Of a stretch of DNA of 64,000 bases, positions 29,235 through 44,464 are shown piece by piece. Source of the DNA: Eledone cirrhosa (lineage: Eukaryota); NCBI GenBank assembly GCA_964016885.1, contig OZ024740.1, positions 343,480,001-343,544,000 of the forward strand. The letters run 5' to 3'. How positions within the stretch are numbered: the first letter of the stretch is position 1; every line of letters starts with the position of its first letter. The notes beneath the pieces are model-generated. The model worked only from the letters and a program-made list of their open reading frames with translations. It did no database searches and was not told where the DNA came from. Position numbers and translations under genes: made by a program.

Positions 29235-32200
29235 CGCCACCACCAAGATCCACACCAAAACCACCACCACCACCACCACACCACACCACCGCCACCACTA
29301 CCACTACCAGCACCACCACCACCACCACACCACCACCACCAGCACCAGCACCACCACCACCACCACTACCACCGCCACCACCACCTCCACCACCAGCACC
29401 ACCACCACCACCACCACTACCACTACCAGCGTAACCACCACCACCACCACCACCACACCACTACCACCACCACTACGACTACCTCCACCACCAGCAGCAC
29501 CACACCACAACCACCACCACCACCACCACCAGCAGCACCACCACCACCACCACCAGCACTACCCCCACACTCACCCCACCAAGCACCACCACCACCACCA
29601 CCAACAACACCACCACCACACCACTACCACCACCACCACCACCACCACCACCACCAACAACAACAATACCACCACCACCACACCACCACCACCACACCAC
29701 CACCACCACCACCACCACCACCACCACCACCACTACCACTACCAGCGTAACCACCACAACCACCACCACCACCACCACCACCACCACCACCAACACCACC
29801 ACCACCACCACCACCACCACTACCACTACCAGCGTAACCACCACCACACCCACCACCACCACCACCACCACCACCACCAGCACCACCACCACCACCACCA
29901 CCAACAACACCACCACCACCACACCACCACCACCACCAACAACACCACCACCACCACTACCACTACCACTACCAGCGTAACCACCACCACCACGACCACC
30001 ACACCACTACCACCACCACTACCCCCACACCCACCCACCCCACCACCACCACCACCACCACCACCACCACCACCACCACCAGCACCACCACTACCACCAC
30101 CAACAACACCACCACGACCACACAACGACGACCACCACCACACCGCCACCGCCACCAACACCACCACAAGCATCACCAGCACCAGCACCACCAGCACCAC
30201 CAGCACCACCACCACCACCACCACCACGACCACCACCACCACCACGACCACCACCGCCACAACCACTACCACCATAACCTCCACCATCATATCCTCCACC
30301 ACCACCACCACCACCACAACCACCACCACCACCACCAACAACAACACCACCATCACATCCACCAACAACACCACCACCATCACATCCACCAACAACACCA
30401 CCACCATCACATCCACCAACAACATCACCGCCACCACCACGACCACCACACCACCAGCACCCCAACCACACCACCATCACCACCGCCACCACCACCACAC
30501 CACCACCACCACCACCACCTACACCACTACCACCACGACTACCACCATCACCACTACCACCACGACTACCACCACCACCACCACCACCACAACCACCTAC
30601 ACCACTACCACCACGACTACCACCACCACGACTACCACCACGACTACCACCACCACCACTACCACCACCACCACCGACACCACCACCACCACCACCACCA
30701 CCACCACCACCACCACTACCACCACCACCACCACCACCACACCACCACTACCACCACTACCACCACCACCACCGCCACCACCACCACCACCACCACGACT
30801 ACCACCACCACCACCACCACCACCACCACCAGCACCACCACCACCACCACCACCAACACCACCACCACCACCACCACCACCACCACCACCACCACCACCA
30901 CCACTACCAGCGTAACCACCACAACCACCACCACCACCACCACCACCACCACCACCACCACTACCACTACCAGCGTAACCACCACCACACCCACCACCAC
31001 CACCACCACCACCACCACCACCACCACCACCACCACCACCAGCACCACCACCACCACCAACAACACCACCACCACCACACCACCACCACCACCACCAACA
31101 ACACCACCACCACCACACCACCACCACCACCACCAACAACACCACCACCACCACACCACCACCACTACCAGCGTAACCACCACCACCACCACCACACCAC
31201 TACCACCACCACTACGACCACCTCCACCACCAGCACCACCACCAGCACCACCAACAACACCATCACCACCAACAACAACACCATCACCACCACCACCACC
31301 ACCACCACTACCACTACCACTACCAGCGTAACCACCACCACCACCACCACACCACTACCACCACCACTACGACCACCTCCACCACCAGCAGCACCACACC
31401 ACCACCACCACTACCCCCACACCCACCCACCCCACCACCACCACCACCACCACCAGCACCACCACTACTACCACCAACAACACCACCACCACCACACCAC
31501 CACCACCACCACCACCACACCGCCACCGCCACCAACACCACCACAAACATCACCAGCACCAGCACCACCAGCACCACCAGCACCACCACCACCACCACGA
31601 CCACCACCACCACCACGACCACCACCGCCACAACCACTACCACCATAACCTCCACCATCATATCCTCCACCACCACCACCACCTCCACAACCACCACCAC
31701 CACCACCACCACCAACAACACCACCATCACATCCACCAACAACACCACCACCATCACATCCACCAACAACACCACCACCATCACATCCACCAACAACACC
31801 ACCACCATCACATCCACCAACAACACCACCACCATCACATCCACCAACAACATCACCGCCACCACCACGACCACCACACCACCAGCACCCCAACCACACC
31901 TCCATCACCACCGCCACCACCACCACACCACCACCACCACCACCACCTACACCACTACCACCACGACTACCACCACCACCACTACCACCACCACTACCAC
32001 CACCACCACCACCACCACCACCACCTACACCACTACCACCACGACTACCACCACCACCACTACCACCACCACTACCACCACCACCACCACCACCACCACC
32101 ACCTACACCACTACCACCACGACTACCACCACCATGACTACCACCACCACCACAACCATCACCATCATCATAGTCATGGTCGTAGTGGTTGTCATCGTTC

Positions 32201-32675
32201 CTCTTCTAGGCTGTCAGATTCACAAGAGCCTTCATTACCGTAAACCATCCTTACCGTTCACCATACTGCATCTCCCCTTCTGTCAGTGGACCCCCCACAT
32301 CCAACCTACCCCACCACCAGCAGCAGCAGCAAACCACCACCAGCACCACCACCAACCTCAGCAGCATCACCAACCTCAGCAGCACCAACACCACCTCCAA
32401 CACCGACTCCACCACCATACCAACACCAACAACAACATAACCACCACCACCAACAGCAGCCCACCACCACCACCACCGATCCCACCATCACCAACAGCAG
32501 CACAACACCACCACCAGCACCAGCAGCAGCAGCACCTGCAGCACCAGCACAAGCCCCGGCACCACCACCACCAACACCAACACCACCACCACAAACAACA
32601 ACAACAAAAAGCTTCTCCTCAGATCTCCTCGTCCTCTACCTCCTCCTCCTCCTCCTCCTCCTCCTCATCCTCCTC

Positions 32676-32712
<37 letters not shown>

Positions 32713-32830
32713 CACAGGTAACACCATCACCACCACCATTGCCACCACTGCTAATAACACCAGCGTCACTACTGCTAACACTGCCATCACCACCATCATC
32801 ATCACTACATACAACACCATCATCACCAGC
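29235..32830. repeat. ~3.5-kb degenerate (CAC)n satellite with higher-order duplication
   Basis: (CAC/CTA/CAA)n with recurring CCAGCGTAACC markers. Block ~30140-30540 recurs at ~31518-31985. Confidence 0.95.
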
Positions 32831-32967
32831 AACGGGAAATAAAGTGTCTCCTTCAAAGACATAATGCGCCACCAGGAATCGAACTTAGGATCCTGCAATC
32901 GCCAGTTAAATAACCTAACCATTATGTCCGGCGCCATCACATATACACTTATCTAGACACATACAGA

Positions 32968-33260
32968 CAGCGAATTGGTGGAGTCGTTAGAATGTCGGAT
33001 AGAATGCTTTATGGCATTCGTTCCGGCTTCGTATCTCTCTGCTCTCTGAGTTCAAATCCGTCGAGGTCAACTTTGCCTTTTATCCTTTCGAGGTCGTTCA
33101 AAAAAGTACCAGTCTAGTACTTGGGTCGAGTCTTCCTCTCTCTGGAAGAAATCTGTTGTACTCAGGCCTGGAGAAGGAATGGTTTCCGACAGGCTTAATA
33201 TGCCCAATAAACGCCGTATGTCAATATGGCGCCCCTACAACTCTAACAGGAGTTACGGGA
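32968..33260 (+). mobile_element. diverged tRNA-derived SINE with alternative 3' tail (tail also at ~39194-39328)
   Basis: GAGTTCAAATCC..CTTTGCCTTTTATCCTTTCGAGGTCG..GTACCAGTCTAGTACT. The downstream TCTTCCTCT..CCTGGAGA segment is shared with 39194-39328. Confidence 0.65.
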
Positions 33261-33835
33261 CCATTCATACACATATCTACACGCATACACCAACCTACAT
33301 ACTCATACATATATCCATCCACATCGTACATGCACACACCTGCAATTACGCGTACATTTTATTTATTCTATTCTATTTTATTGTTTTCTGATTAGTCAGA
33401 GAATGAAGAACAGTATCTATGACAATGTACAGAGCTATCGAGACAGCTGGGAAGGGGAATGTGTCCTCAAACCGGATACTTCGTCCGAACCATTGCAACA
33501 AGATCTATTCCACTAGTGGTCCGTCAGATTATGGTGTTAAATGGATTAAGGCTACCACCCAAGTAAACTACAACGTTATTCAAACTCAGAAAGCCGGAAC
33601 AAATATCATAAAATGTTTTAACAATTCAGGCAATCCACCGCTTTTGATTTGTACTTAAATCTATCGACCTCGTAAGCATAAATAGAAAAGTTGACCCCAG
33701 TGGGATTTGTACTCAGAGTGTATAGAACAGAAACAAAGACCACAAGGTATTTTGTTTTACGCTCTCATGACTACCATAAAAATACAAATACTCATATTCA
33801 CAAAACACATATAGATGCTCACATTCATACATCTA

Positions 33836-34033
33836 CAAGGGCGGGCTGACTATAAAGGAATGATGCTAGAGCTGTGAAATTTTGCATGCATTAATTGCAA
33901 CTCTTCTTATCAATAACTTTATTGTTTCTTTCCAAGGACTATGTTGAAAAATAAACCTAATTTGATCATTCCATAAGAGTGTCTTGGTCAACCTATGAAC
34001 TTTACAGCCTATGAACCTTTCAGCTGACCCTCG
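33836..34033. mobile_element. mariner-type MITE
   Basis: TA|CAAGGGCGGGCTGA ... TCAGCTGACCCTCG|TA: imperfect TIRs with TA duplication. Confidence 0.65.
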
Positions 34034-34431
34034 TATACATCCATACCATGGAATATCTACGCTGTCGTTCATCTTATTAGAAATAGCAGGTAAATTCTTC
34101 TCAAATTGCAAAAATTACCTTGTGTAATGTAGTCCCTGATATAGAAAAATATTTTATAGTTCCAGCTGAAATACTTTTCAGTATAGGTCTGCCAGATCTG
34201 GCTCTAAATAACAAAATATAGTACTCCAGTCGGTTGCAGCGATGAGTGTTTTAGTTGTTGAATCAACCGAACGACTGACACGTTAGATTAATGTTTAAGG
34301 AGCCGAATAATCTGGTATACTCCTTGCCTCTCTGTAGTCCCTTGGTATGTGTTTCTTGACGATATAATTCTAATGAATTCATATCACTCCCACCATCTTA
34401 TATATCAAATATCGCCTGCAGGCATATATTC

Positions 34432-34486
<55 letters not shown>

Positions 34487-34746
34487 TACACACATATACA
34501 AACGCAGGCGCAAATGCTCACACACTCACGTATGCATACGCATACTTGCATATACACATATACGCATACACTGATTATGTAACATATACGCACGTGCATA
34601 CATATGCGCAAATATGCACACACAAACATGTATATACGTACAAGCATACACGGATATTTTAACACATATATACATATACACATGCGCATTTTCTCCATGA
34701 TACTCACACATACTCAAACACGTACAAATAGACATAAACTCATGGA

Positions 34747-34807
<61 letters not shown>

Positions 34808-35631
34808 GCGCGCGCGCGCGCCTGTACTGCCTTCTATTAAACACATATACACATAAACAAATGTGCATTCTCTCTGTCACACAAGCAGGAACATATACAC
34901 AAGCACACATGCACGCCACCCAAGCATACACATACCCACAAAATGCGCTAAGTCTCTCTCTCTCACACACACACATGTACACACTTACTAATGCACATTC
35001 TCTATATTGAACACATAATCATACACGTACGTATACATATTCATGCATAGATGCACAGACACACAACACACGCGCACGCAATGTTTTGGGCACATGTCAA
35101 ATCGGATCTAATTTGTTCAGTCTATCATCGTAGCTCAAATTACTGAAGTCATTTATCATATTCAAGGTTCGTCTGTACACTCCTTCATTCACGATAAGGT
35201 AGGAAGGTGATGAAGTATATTTATATATATGTGGTCAACTTAACACATATGTAAGGAGATAAAAAGTTAAACATAAATAACCTTTCGTCGGTACAGACGA
35301 TGAATGTTCTAGTTATTCGCTCAACGGAACGGCCTGCTAGTTAATTGATGATGATAGATCTTCCGGTAGTTTCGACTATGCGCATTCAGTTATTCGATCA
35401 ACTGAACGTCCAGCCCATGAATTAATATTATGAATTAATATTACAAGTCGTTGAGAATTCTAAAATCACATGTACCTTAAATATAATTTCTGAGCCGAAT
35501 CAGCGCGACGTCTATTCGACATTCGGACATGTGGCATTCTACGTAAAAGATTAAGATATTAAGTAACGTGTTCAGATTTTAAAATCTTACTCTGTTACGT
35601 CTGTCATACGACAAGCTCGAAAGGGAGTCAA

Positions 35632-35728
<97 letters not shown>

Positions 35729-35742
35729 GTATATATACATAC

Positions 35743-35850
<108 letters not shown>

Positions 35851-35856
35851 GGAAAA

Positions 35857-36063
35857 ATGAAACGGAATTTCATTTCTCATTCTTAGTACGGCTGTTACTT
35901 AAATATAAGTATGTATACGTACATACATATATGTATACAGACGTACAGTAGTATGTATATATATATACATACATGCACACATATATATATATGTACGTAT
36001 GGATTCACCGAACATTTATTATAATGCTCGGTGTGTTTGTAAACAAACATCCCGAATTAGGGC
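35857..36063. repeat. dispersed fragment of the 437-bp HHR tandem unit found at 63510-64000
   Basis: ATGAAACGGAATTTCATTTCTCATTCTTAGTACGGC matches 63903-63940. The rest matches 63531-63675, so this copy spans the unit junction. Confidence 0.85.
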
Positions 36064-36076
36064 ATCAACATACGTT

Positions 36077-36376
36077 AACCTTGGTCTTCCACTTCCAGTG
36101 TGTCCATGTAGGGGCTCCTACAGGAGCACTGAATGCAATGTCAACTCTGGATGTCGGTGAGCATGTCCAGATAACCTCAGTCTCCTCTGTGTCACTTTTG
36201 AGCTGACTTTTGGGAGGCTTCCATACAGCTCTGAGTTTTTCATCCTCAGTGTATACTGATTAATGTTCAGAGCCATCCTCAGCATTCTCGTGTAGCACCC
36301 ATCCACCATCTGAGTGAGTTTCTTGGTCACTGTGCAAGTCTCAGACCCGTACGGCAGCACAGACTCTACTACAGCA

Positions 36377-36378
<2 letters not shown>
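36077..36378 (-). mobile_element. RTE-clade LINE 3' ORF fragment (same family as 18504-18901)
   Basis: AVVESVLPYGSETCTVTKKLTQMVDGCYTRMLRMALNI..QRRLRLSGHAHRHPEL. Confidence 0.85.
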
Positions 36379-36435
<57 letters not shown>

Positions 36436-36438
<3 letters not shown>

Positions 36439-36612
36439 GTGAAAGTAAAAAGACAACAACACAGGAGTAAAGGTAAACAGAAATAACAACCCAATCGGTA
36501 CAGTATATAGAAGGAATATATTAGGTTAACGCTTGAAATAGCAGGAAGAGGGTCTTAACGTTTCGGACGCTACTCCTTCAACAGAAGAAAGAATGAGAAA
36601 TAAGATAGATGA
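36436..36612 (-). mobile_element. short HHR-bearing repeat family, copy 1 (others at 52051-52203 + and 60675-60777 +)
   Basis: UCUU CUGUUGA AGGA GUAGCG UCC GAAA CGUU AAGA at 36553-36588 (A6U variant). The 3' tail CAAGCGTTAA..GTTATTTCTGTTTACCTTTTAC is shared by all three copies. Confidence 0.75.
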
Positions 36613-37055
36613 AGGGATGGGCGGGGTTGACTTGGAAAAAATGTCTTTAGATAAAAATAACAGGTCTATATATATATACTCTCGGGTGCCAAATAATAGG
36701 GAGGGAGGGGTGGGGTGGGGTGGCCTGAAAAATTAATTAGCGGTGGGGGACGATTATTCAAGACCTGTTAGTATATATATATGTATATACTACCTGCACT
36801 CCATTAACTGCACTTACCCCAACGCCCAGTCCTTCTTTCGAAGTATGTCATCCCGCAAGAATTTCCTTCCTGCACATATTTTTCCTGCAGCCATTGAAAT
36901 TCAGCTATTCAAAATGTATAAAACTACAACAAAGTCATTGCCGAAGCCTTCTTCAGCAGTTCAAATCAATGAAAAAAATATGAGAGCTATTAGGTTTACC
37001 AAGTAATGTGAATTCAGATTCATACAACCATGTATGCTTGTGTATGTCTCTCTCC

Positions 37056-37128
<73 letters not shown>

Positions 37129-37699
37129 GGAGGTGAGTTTTTATTGTAGTATAATTAATAACATTAATATTTTAATTTTAATTATACATATTAACAATTT
37201 CTTTTCCTCGCACATATTATTAAACCCTTCAATATACAAACCTTAATTTAATATTATTCTTAACCTTTTTTCTCTTCATCAACTTTTAATTTCAAATTCT
37301 TTTAAATTATCTATTATCTTCCAACGGCTTTTTAACTTCTCTCCGTGAGACAATATATATTTTTCTCAGTTGTAAAGGCTATATCTCTCTCTCTATCACC
37401 CATCTCTCCTCCTCTCTCATCCTTCCTTCTTATACTCCTCCCCCACCATTCTCTACTCTCATCTCCTCCTCTTTTGTCACCCTTTCCACCCCCCCTCACT
37501 TTTTCCCAATATCACACATCAATCTTAAATTCTTTTTCATATGTTGATTTAACACTTCACTATTCACAAGTGTTTTTTAATGTGTTATCATATATCCCTA
37601 TTTTATCTGATGAAAACGCAGATATCAACTCATGATGATATTTGTTTTTGAAATGCGCTTAATAAAATACTTGGAACTCTTTTAACCATCTTTTGATCT

Positions 37700-37734
<35 letters not shown>

Positions 37735-38250
37735 ATGTATATATATATATATTTGTGCGTGTGTGTGTAGGTGTTTATGTGACTTAGGACACAAACACAT
37801 TTGTGTATGCGCGTGAGTGTGTATAAGTATTTCATCTCTGTGTCATTGTATGTGGTTCTGACTCGGTGATAAAAATTAATAAAAAACAAACAAAACAAAC
37901 TACATACCTCTCCTCCAGGAAAAAAACAACATATGTATATATATAGAAAATAATATAGTGGAACTGCATATCTTGAGTACTACGTTCCTGTCGAGCATTA
38001 TAATGTCTTGCAACCACTATATTCTATCCAGTTAGCTTGAGACATTCTACCAACCCAACTTAACTCCCACCACTAAGGAAAAAACAAAACAGAAACATTA
38101 AGCAAAAAGAAAATGAACAAGTAAAGCAGTTTTCAAGATGGACATCAGCTGTTATGGACATAAAATTTAATTTGCAAACTGAAAGTAGTCCCCTCCCCGC
38201 ACAGATACAGACTAAGTAACGCGCGCATACATATTCTAGCACACACAGAT

Positions 38251-38283
<33 letters not shown>

Positions 38284-38288
38284 CATAC

Positions 38289-38341
<53 letters not shown>

Positions 38342-38438
38342 ATATATATATATATAAATTTTATTTCTTGCTCTATCACGGTAGATACATAAAAGTAAGT
38401 ATGCATGCGTACACACACATATATATATATACATATCT

Positions 38439-38519
<81 letters not shown>

Positions 38520-38600
38520 TGTGTGTGTGTACGTATGCATACTTACTTGTATATATATATATAGAGACAGATAGAGAGAGTGAGAGCGAGAGAGAGAGTG

Positions 38601-38697
<97 letters not shown>

Positions 38698-39108
38698 CAT
38701 ACATGTACACATACGTTACAGGTTACACGCGCATTGAATGACACACCTCATATATGTACGTACATTCTGACACACACCGATACAAAGATATATGCGTACA
38801 CAAATACATATGCGGAAACCTACGAACACACACAGGGAGCGATACAGAAACATAAAGGAGAGACATATGCATACATATATTTCTCAAATATGCTATGACA
38901 CAGTTTAGTAATATACGATTGACACAAATATTGGCATACACACTCACACGAGTCCTCAGACAGGAACATATGCACCACGGCATGCAAGCACGTGTGCAGT
39001 CACTAACACTTATGTTAATACAGCACACCCTCACGCGCAGACACGCCTTGATACACACACACACACATATAGTGTGAGAGAGAGAGAGAGAGGGAGAGAG
39101 AGACAGGG

Positions 39109-39146
<38 letters not shown>

Positions 39147-39322
39147 CTATACAGTGGTAGAAGACTGGGGGGGGGTATACCCGTAGTAGTAGAGTACCAG
39201 TCTAGTACTGGGGTCCATTCTTCCTCTATAGAAAAAATTGGGTGTGTTCAGCCCTGGAGAGGGTTGGGCTTTGCCAAGTATAAAAGTATGACTATGCCTC
39301 TACGACTCCACAAGTTGTTATG

Positions 39323-39369
<47 letters not shown>

Positions 39370-39544
39370 ACTAGAAATTGATTAACATATAAATAAACAT
39401 GAATAATCACAGGAGATAATTTTTACAAGTGTGTAAGCACACATAGCTAGGTAGGTAACTAAATAAAGTTAACCAGAACTTCAAAAATAGATACCTTATA
39501 ATATGATTAATCTTGATTAATTTTGATTATCTTGATTTTGTATA

Positions 39545-39581
<37 letters not shown>

Positions 39582-39592
39582 TACATATATAT

Positions 39593-39636
<44 letters not shown>

Positions 39637-39861
39637 ATATATATATTCTTTTTTTTAGTATATGCTGGTTGCTTACCCGACACCTCAGTATGCAGATTGG
39701 AGCACACGACGAAGTAGGCAGGTTGGTTTGTTTACTCCAGAGTAACGTAAAATAAGATTCCAACTCCCCACAGAAATAACAACACAACCAGGAGCTGGAC
39801 ATATCGATGTATTGACGGAGTAAAACACACTTCAACAACATGTGTACCTGTCTTTCCCACA

Positions 39862-39903
39862 CCATCATTGGCTGTGACCTCTTCAGGTCACAGCCAATGA
39901 TGG
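39862..39903. repeat. perfect 19-bp hairpin centred on a CTGAAGA motif (minus strand)
   Basis: CCATCATTGGCTGTGACCT-CTTC-AGGTCACAGCCAATGATGG. Confidence 0.85.
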
Positions 39904-39972
39904 CTGTCACCGAAATATATATAGCAGTATATCTATAATTTATTATAAACGAAGCCAAATTTTACATATTTG

Positions 39973-40018
<46 letters not shown>

Positions 40019-43000
40019 TAAGCAAGACATTTTATTTCACGTTACTCCTTCTACCTGGAATTGCGACTGATAGATAGTATTAGCAATTGGAAAGACCAAC
40101 GGAAACATTGTTTCCTCGGTCCGATTTGAAAGTCGATCGACTGTCGATATATATATATAGACTGTCGATATATATATATAGTATATGTGTGGCACACACA
40201 TATACGCGTACTTACTCACTTGCAATGGTAAGCATACATATTTATAAACATATACATATCAAACACAAATACACTCCCATTTATAACGTGCACCAACATG
40301 TGTACTCAGAGACATACATAAGCAAACATACAGATACATACCTACATAACTGCATACATATATATATATATATCATACGTACAATCAGATAGCAAACATA
40401 TGCACGGCCACTTTTATTTCGTTTGTGGTTTCGTCCATGACTGTACATCTCACTCCGTCAACGGCAAGATATGTAAATGTTGTGTTGGAAAGGCCATGTA
40501 TTATGCTTGCTTTCTTTCTAGCACCTGGAAGTCCTGAATACCTTCTTTATTCATATCTTCAATCTTCCTTCAGTAGTGAGACTACCAATGTGAACCGTAG
40601 GTCAGCCTGTCTTCTACTCTTGAATGGTTGATTTTGCTAATTTTCAAAGTGGTCTTCTGTTGATATTTGAAGCCCTGATTCGGTCATCCAACTAAGTTTT
40701 GATTATAGTGTAGTAGACCTAGATGACGCTACGGAGTAAACGCAAGTCCGACAAGCTCACTACATGACAGGATTATTTTAGATAATGCCTGGACTACAGT
40801 GTGGTATTTTGCTGTTTTTTCGAGGTACGATTTCGATCTGCGTAATTCTATTTCGTCAGGTGACTGGAAAGATCATCTGAACACATACTTGGTGTTTAGT
40901 GTCGGCCAAACATCCTGGATAGGCACTGTGATATGTTTACGAGCAAGATAACATGTTTCGCTCAATAGGTTATCAATGAAAGATCAATGCCGATTGCAAA
41001 TGCATATCTCATCTCTGTCATTCTTTACCGTCTTGTCGCAGTTTTAATCTAACAAAGATAGGAGTGCTTACAATTTCACTTATTGTGGAAGAAACGGCTT
41101 CCACTGGTCAAACGATCAACTGCTGCCATTACTCTCTGCACACATGACACGGTATGCAGTGACCGATGAAGCGTACGCTTGTGTTGAGACTGTGACATCT
41201 ACAGGGATATGTGGATGGTGAGCGCACATGGGTACCATTTTTCAGATATGTTTTTCCACAACTTATCCAGTTGAGGGTGCTGCTGATACTACTCAAGCAA
41301 TAACCATACGTCTGGTGTGTTTTCAGACGCCCACGTTTGGTCATTTGGCAGTTTCTTCTACCAGGTCAAGTAAATATCCTAAACCTTACTTGTCATATTT
41401 GTGGTTCTCAATCATGACAATAATGATGATAATGACGATGATGATGATGACGACGATGACGACGACGATTATGATATTGTTGTTATTGTTGTCAGTTATG
41501 TAGACTGTGAACTGGAAGAGTCATTAGCATGTCTTCACTGTATAAATGTCGATCAACTATATTGTACTGTGTGTGTATAGGGAAGGTGCTGACAAAATAT
41601 ATTCTCTAAAAGGTGACCGAAGTGCCCAAAGGTTTTGGAAACTCTCGTTTAGTGTTTTAGCGTTGTAACTCGTTTCATCTCTCCCATCTTTCGCTCTCTT
41701 AAAATTGCCCCCTCCCCCTCTCCCCCTCTCCCCCTCTCTCTCTCTCACTATTGCTTCACAAAAAATATCTTTGATCATGTTAGCATTCGTATTCAACCAC
41801 GCATAGAATTGGATCTCATGAACATACACACACACAAACATCCATGCATATGATGATAGACAAGTAGACAGACAGACAGCCCTCTCACATATACAAACGA
41901 CGGATCGACGGCATATGAAAATGTATCTTTAAAACAGACAGTTACACACACACTCTCCTCTATATTAACACAGACATGTGCAGAAATGTCAATATTTATT
42001 TTTGCCAAGAAATGACGAGACTACATACAAGCATATTAGACATAAATATACGTGGGTCTCCTTAACAGAGTCGTTATGATAATGGATTCTCCATCGGTTT
42101 AGACGATGATCATTCAGTCTTTTGACCAATTGAACATCCGAATCACCAATTGATGTGAAAGTGGTTGAGTATATCACAGATACTTGTGTCACGGAAACTC
42201 TCTGTCAGAATGAGCATGAAGAGATTATGTGACAAAGCAAGACGTTTGAAGTATAGGTTGGTACAATCAAGCCGAGTGGCTTCCACACATTTGCCTCTTA
42301 CCCAATTTCACTCACAAGGCCTGATTCAACCCGACACTATGGCAAAGGACCAAAATATCACGTGGTGGAATAAAACCAGTGAGACCCGAATTATATAGCC
42401 AAATTAATCGCCCAGTCTTACCTGCACCTACACTATTATAATAGATCTGTATCCACCTCATTATGACGGTTATATTAGGATAGATCATATGACTCAACTA
42501 TATGATAAAACTATATGTAAGTGTATGTACTCTACATACACTTACATAACATATAAGTATATGTATAGAGACGTTCATAATACAAATGATCCTATGGGTA
42601 GATATACACACATACAGTCATACACACAAATACTGGCTCGTCTCATTCAAACACGCAGACTTGCACAAGCACATAGATACACATGCAATGAAACGCAAAC
42701 TTGCCCGCGCCGAGAAACACATACGCACAAATACACGCACACACAGATATACATCAACACATATAATTTCATACACAGATACAAAAAGACACAACACACA
42801 CCTGCGTGCACCAACACAGACACATGCACACATTTACACACATACTCAGCCACATACACATGCACATAATCACAACCGCAGAAAATAACATGCATAAAAA
42901 TGTACACACATGCACATTCACAGCAATGGCGTAGCTAGAGTTTGTGAACCCCTATACACGAAAAATAGCACATTACACAAATATTGTCGCTTCTCACTCC

Positions 43001-43173
43001 CAAGACGGAGCACATCTTCACTGCACTCATAGCCACTGATTCATATGTGTACACTGACGTATCAGTAATTACAACCAACAATACCATTACTAAAATAACC
43101 ATTGCTATATCACTATGAATACCTACATAAACATTATCACGACTAGATGCCACAACAACAACAACTACTACTA

Positions 43174-43265
<92 letters not shown>

Positions 43266-43487
43266 AACAGCACCACCACAACCATGCAAACCATCACGGT
43301 CACCACCACCACCACCACAAAAATCACTACCACCACCAACATCGCTTCTACCGCCAACATCACCGCCAACGATATAGACACTTTCACTTCATCACTAGCT
43401 CCAACACCACCAACACCACCAACACCACCAACACCACGCATATTAGCCCCATCCACACCATCATCATTTCCCAGTCCATTATTATTT

Positions 43488-44237
43488 AGAGTTACGTCCC
43501 TTGCCATTCTGAGTTCAAATCCCGCGAAGGTTAACTTTGCCTTTCATCCTCACGGGGTCGATGAAATAATGTACCAGTAATGCACTGGGTATTTGATGGC
43601 CTTGTGCCAAAAGTAGAAACAATTATTATTAACTCTATTGGGAGCATCTGACACCATGCTTTGCATTATGGCCTTTTACGTTCTGAGTTCAAATCCTGCC
43701 GAGGTTAACTTTGCCTTTCATCCTCACGGGGTCGATAAAATAAAGTACCAGTAATGCACTGGAGTAATTGGTGGCCTTGTGCCAAAAGTAGAAACAATTA
43801 TATTATAAGGCTCAAAAGTTTTAGAGGGTGGTGGATTGGCAGTATCAGTAGAGGGTTGGACGCCATGCTTTGCAGCATAGAGTTACGACCCTTTACGGTC
43901 TGAGTTTAAATCCTGCTGAGGTTAACTTTGCCTTTCATCCTTACGGGGTCGATAAAATAAAGTACCAGTAATGCACTGGGGTAATTGCTGGCCTTGTACC
44001 AAAAGTAGAAACAATTATATTATAAGGCTCAAAAGTTTTAGAGGGTGGTGGATTAGCAGTATCAGTAGAGGGTTGGACGCCATGCTTTGCAGCATAGAGT
44101 TACGACCCTTTACGGTCTGAGTTCAAATCCTGCTGAGGTTAACTTTGCCTTTCATCCTTACGGGGTCGATAAAATAAAGTACCAGTAATGCACTGGGGTA
44201 ATTGCTGGCCTTGTACCAAAAGTAGAAACAATTATTA
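43488..44237 (+). mobile_element. tandem array of four SINE copies
   Basis: Four head-to-tail SINE cores. The last two units are near-identical with a 217-bp period that includes the non-SINE spacer TATTATAAGGCTCAAAAGTTTTAGA. Confidence 0.92.
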
Positions 44238-44464
44238 ACTCTACTAACACCAGAACGTCTACATAGTCACTAAACGTGCTAGAAATAGAAGCGGGATCTC
44301 TCTCAAATTACACACGAATAAAAAAAAATGCAAGTATACATTGGATAATGTGGTCCTCGATATACTGTACCTGACAAAGAAGAAAAAGGCTTGATGGTCA
44401 CTACTGGATGACCTTGTAGTCAAAGCTGATTTGGTGTTAAACAACTGTTATCATTACCCCACTT

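Noticed and set aside
29188-30915. 575-aa Thr/His/Pro-rich mucin-like ORF
   Set aside because: It lies almost entirely in (CAC)n satellite, several frames on both strands are open, and it has no recognisable domain.
32865-32937. tRNA-like sequences (also 13450-13515 and 60525-60590)
   Set aside because: A/B boxes are present but I could not fit a complete cloverleaf. They are better explained as SINE heads.
40410-41400. Possible old LINE fragment
   Set aside because: Only a short RGR-like motif is visible, with no continuous diagnostic frame.
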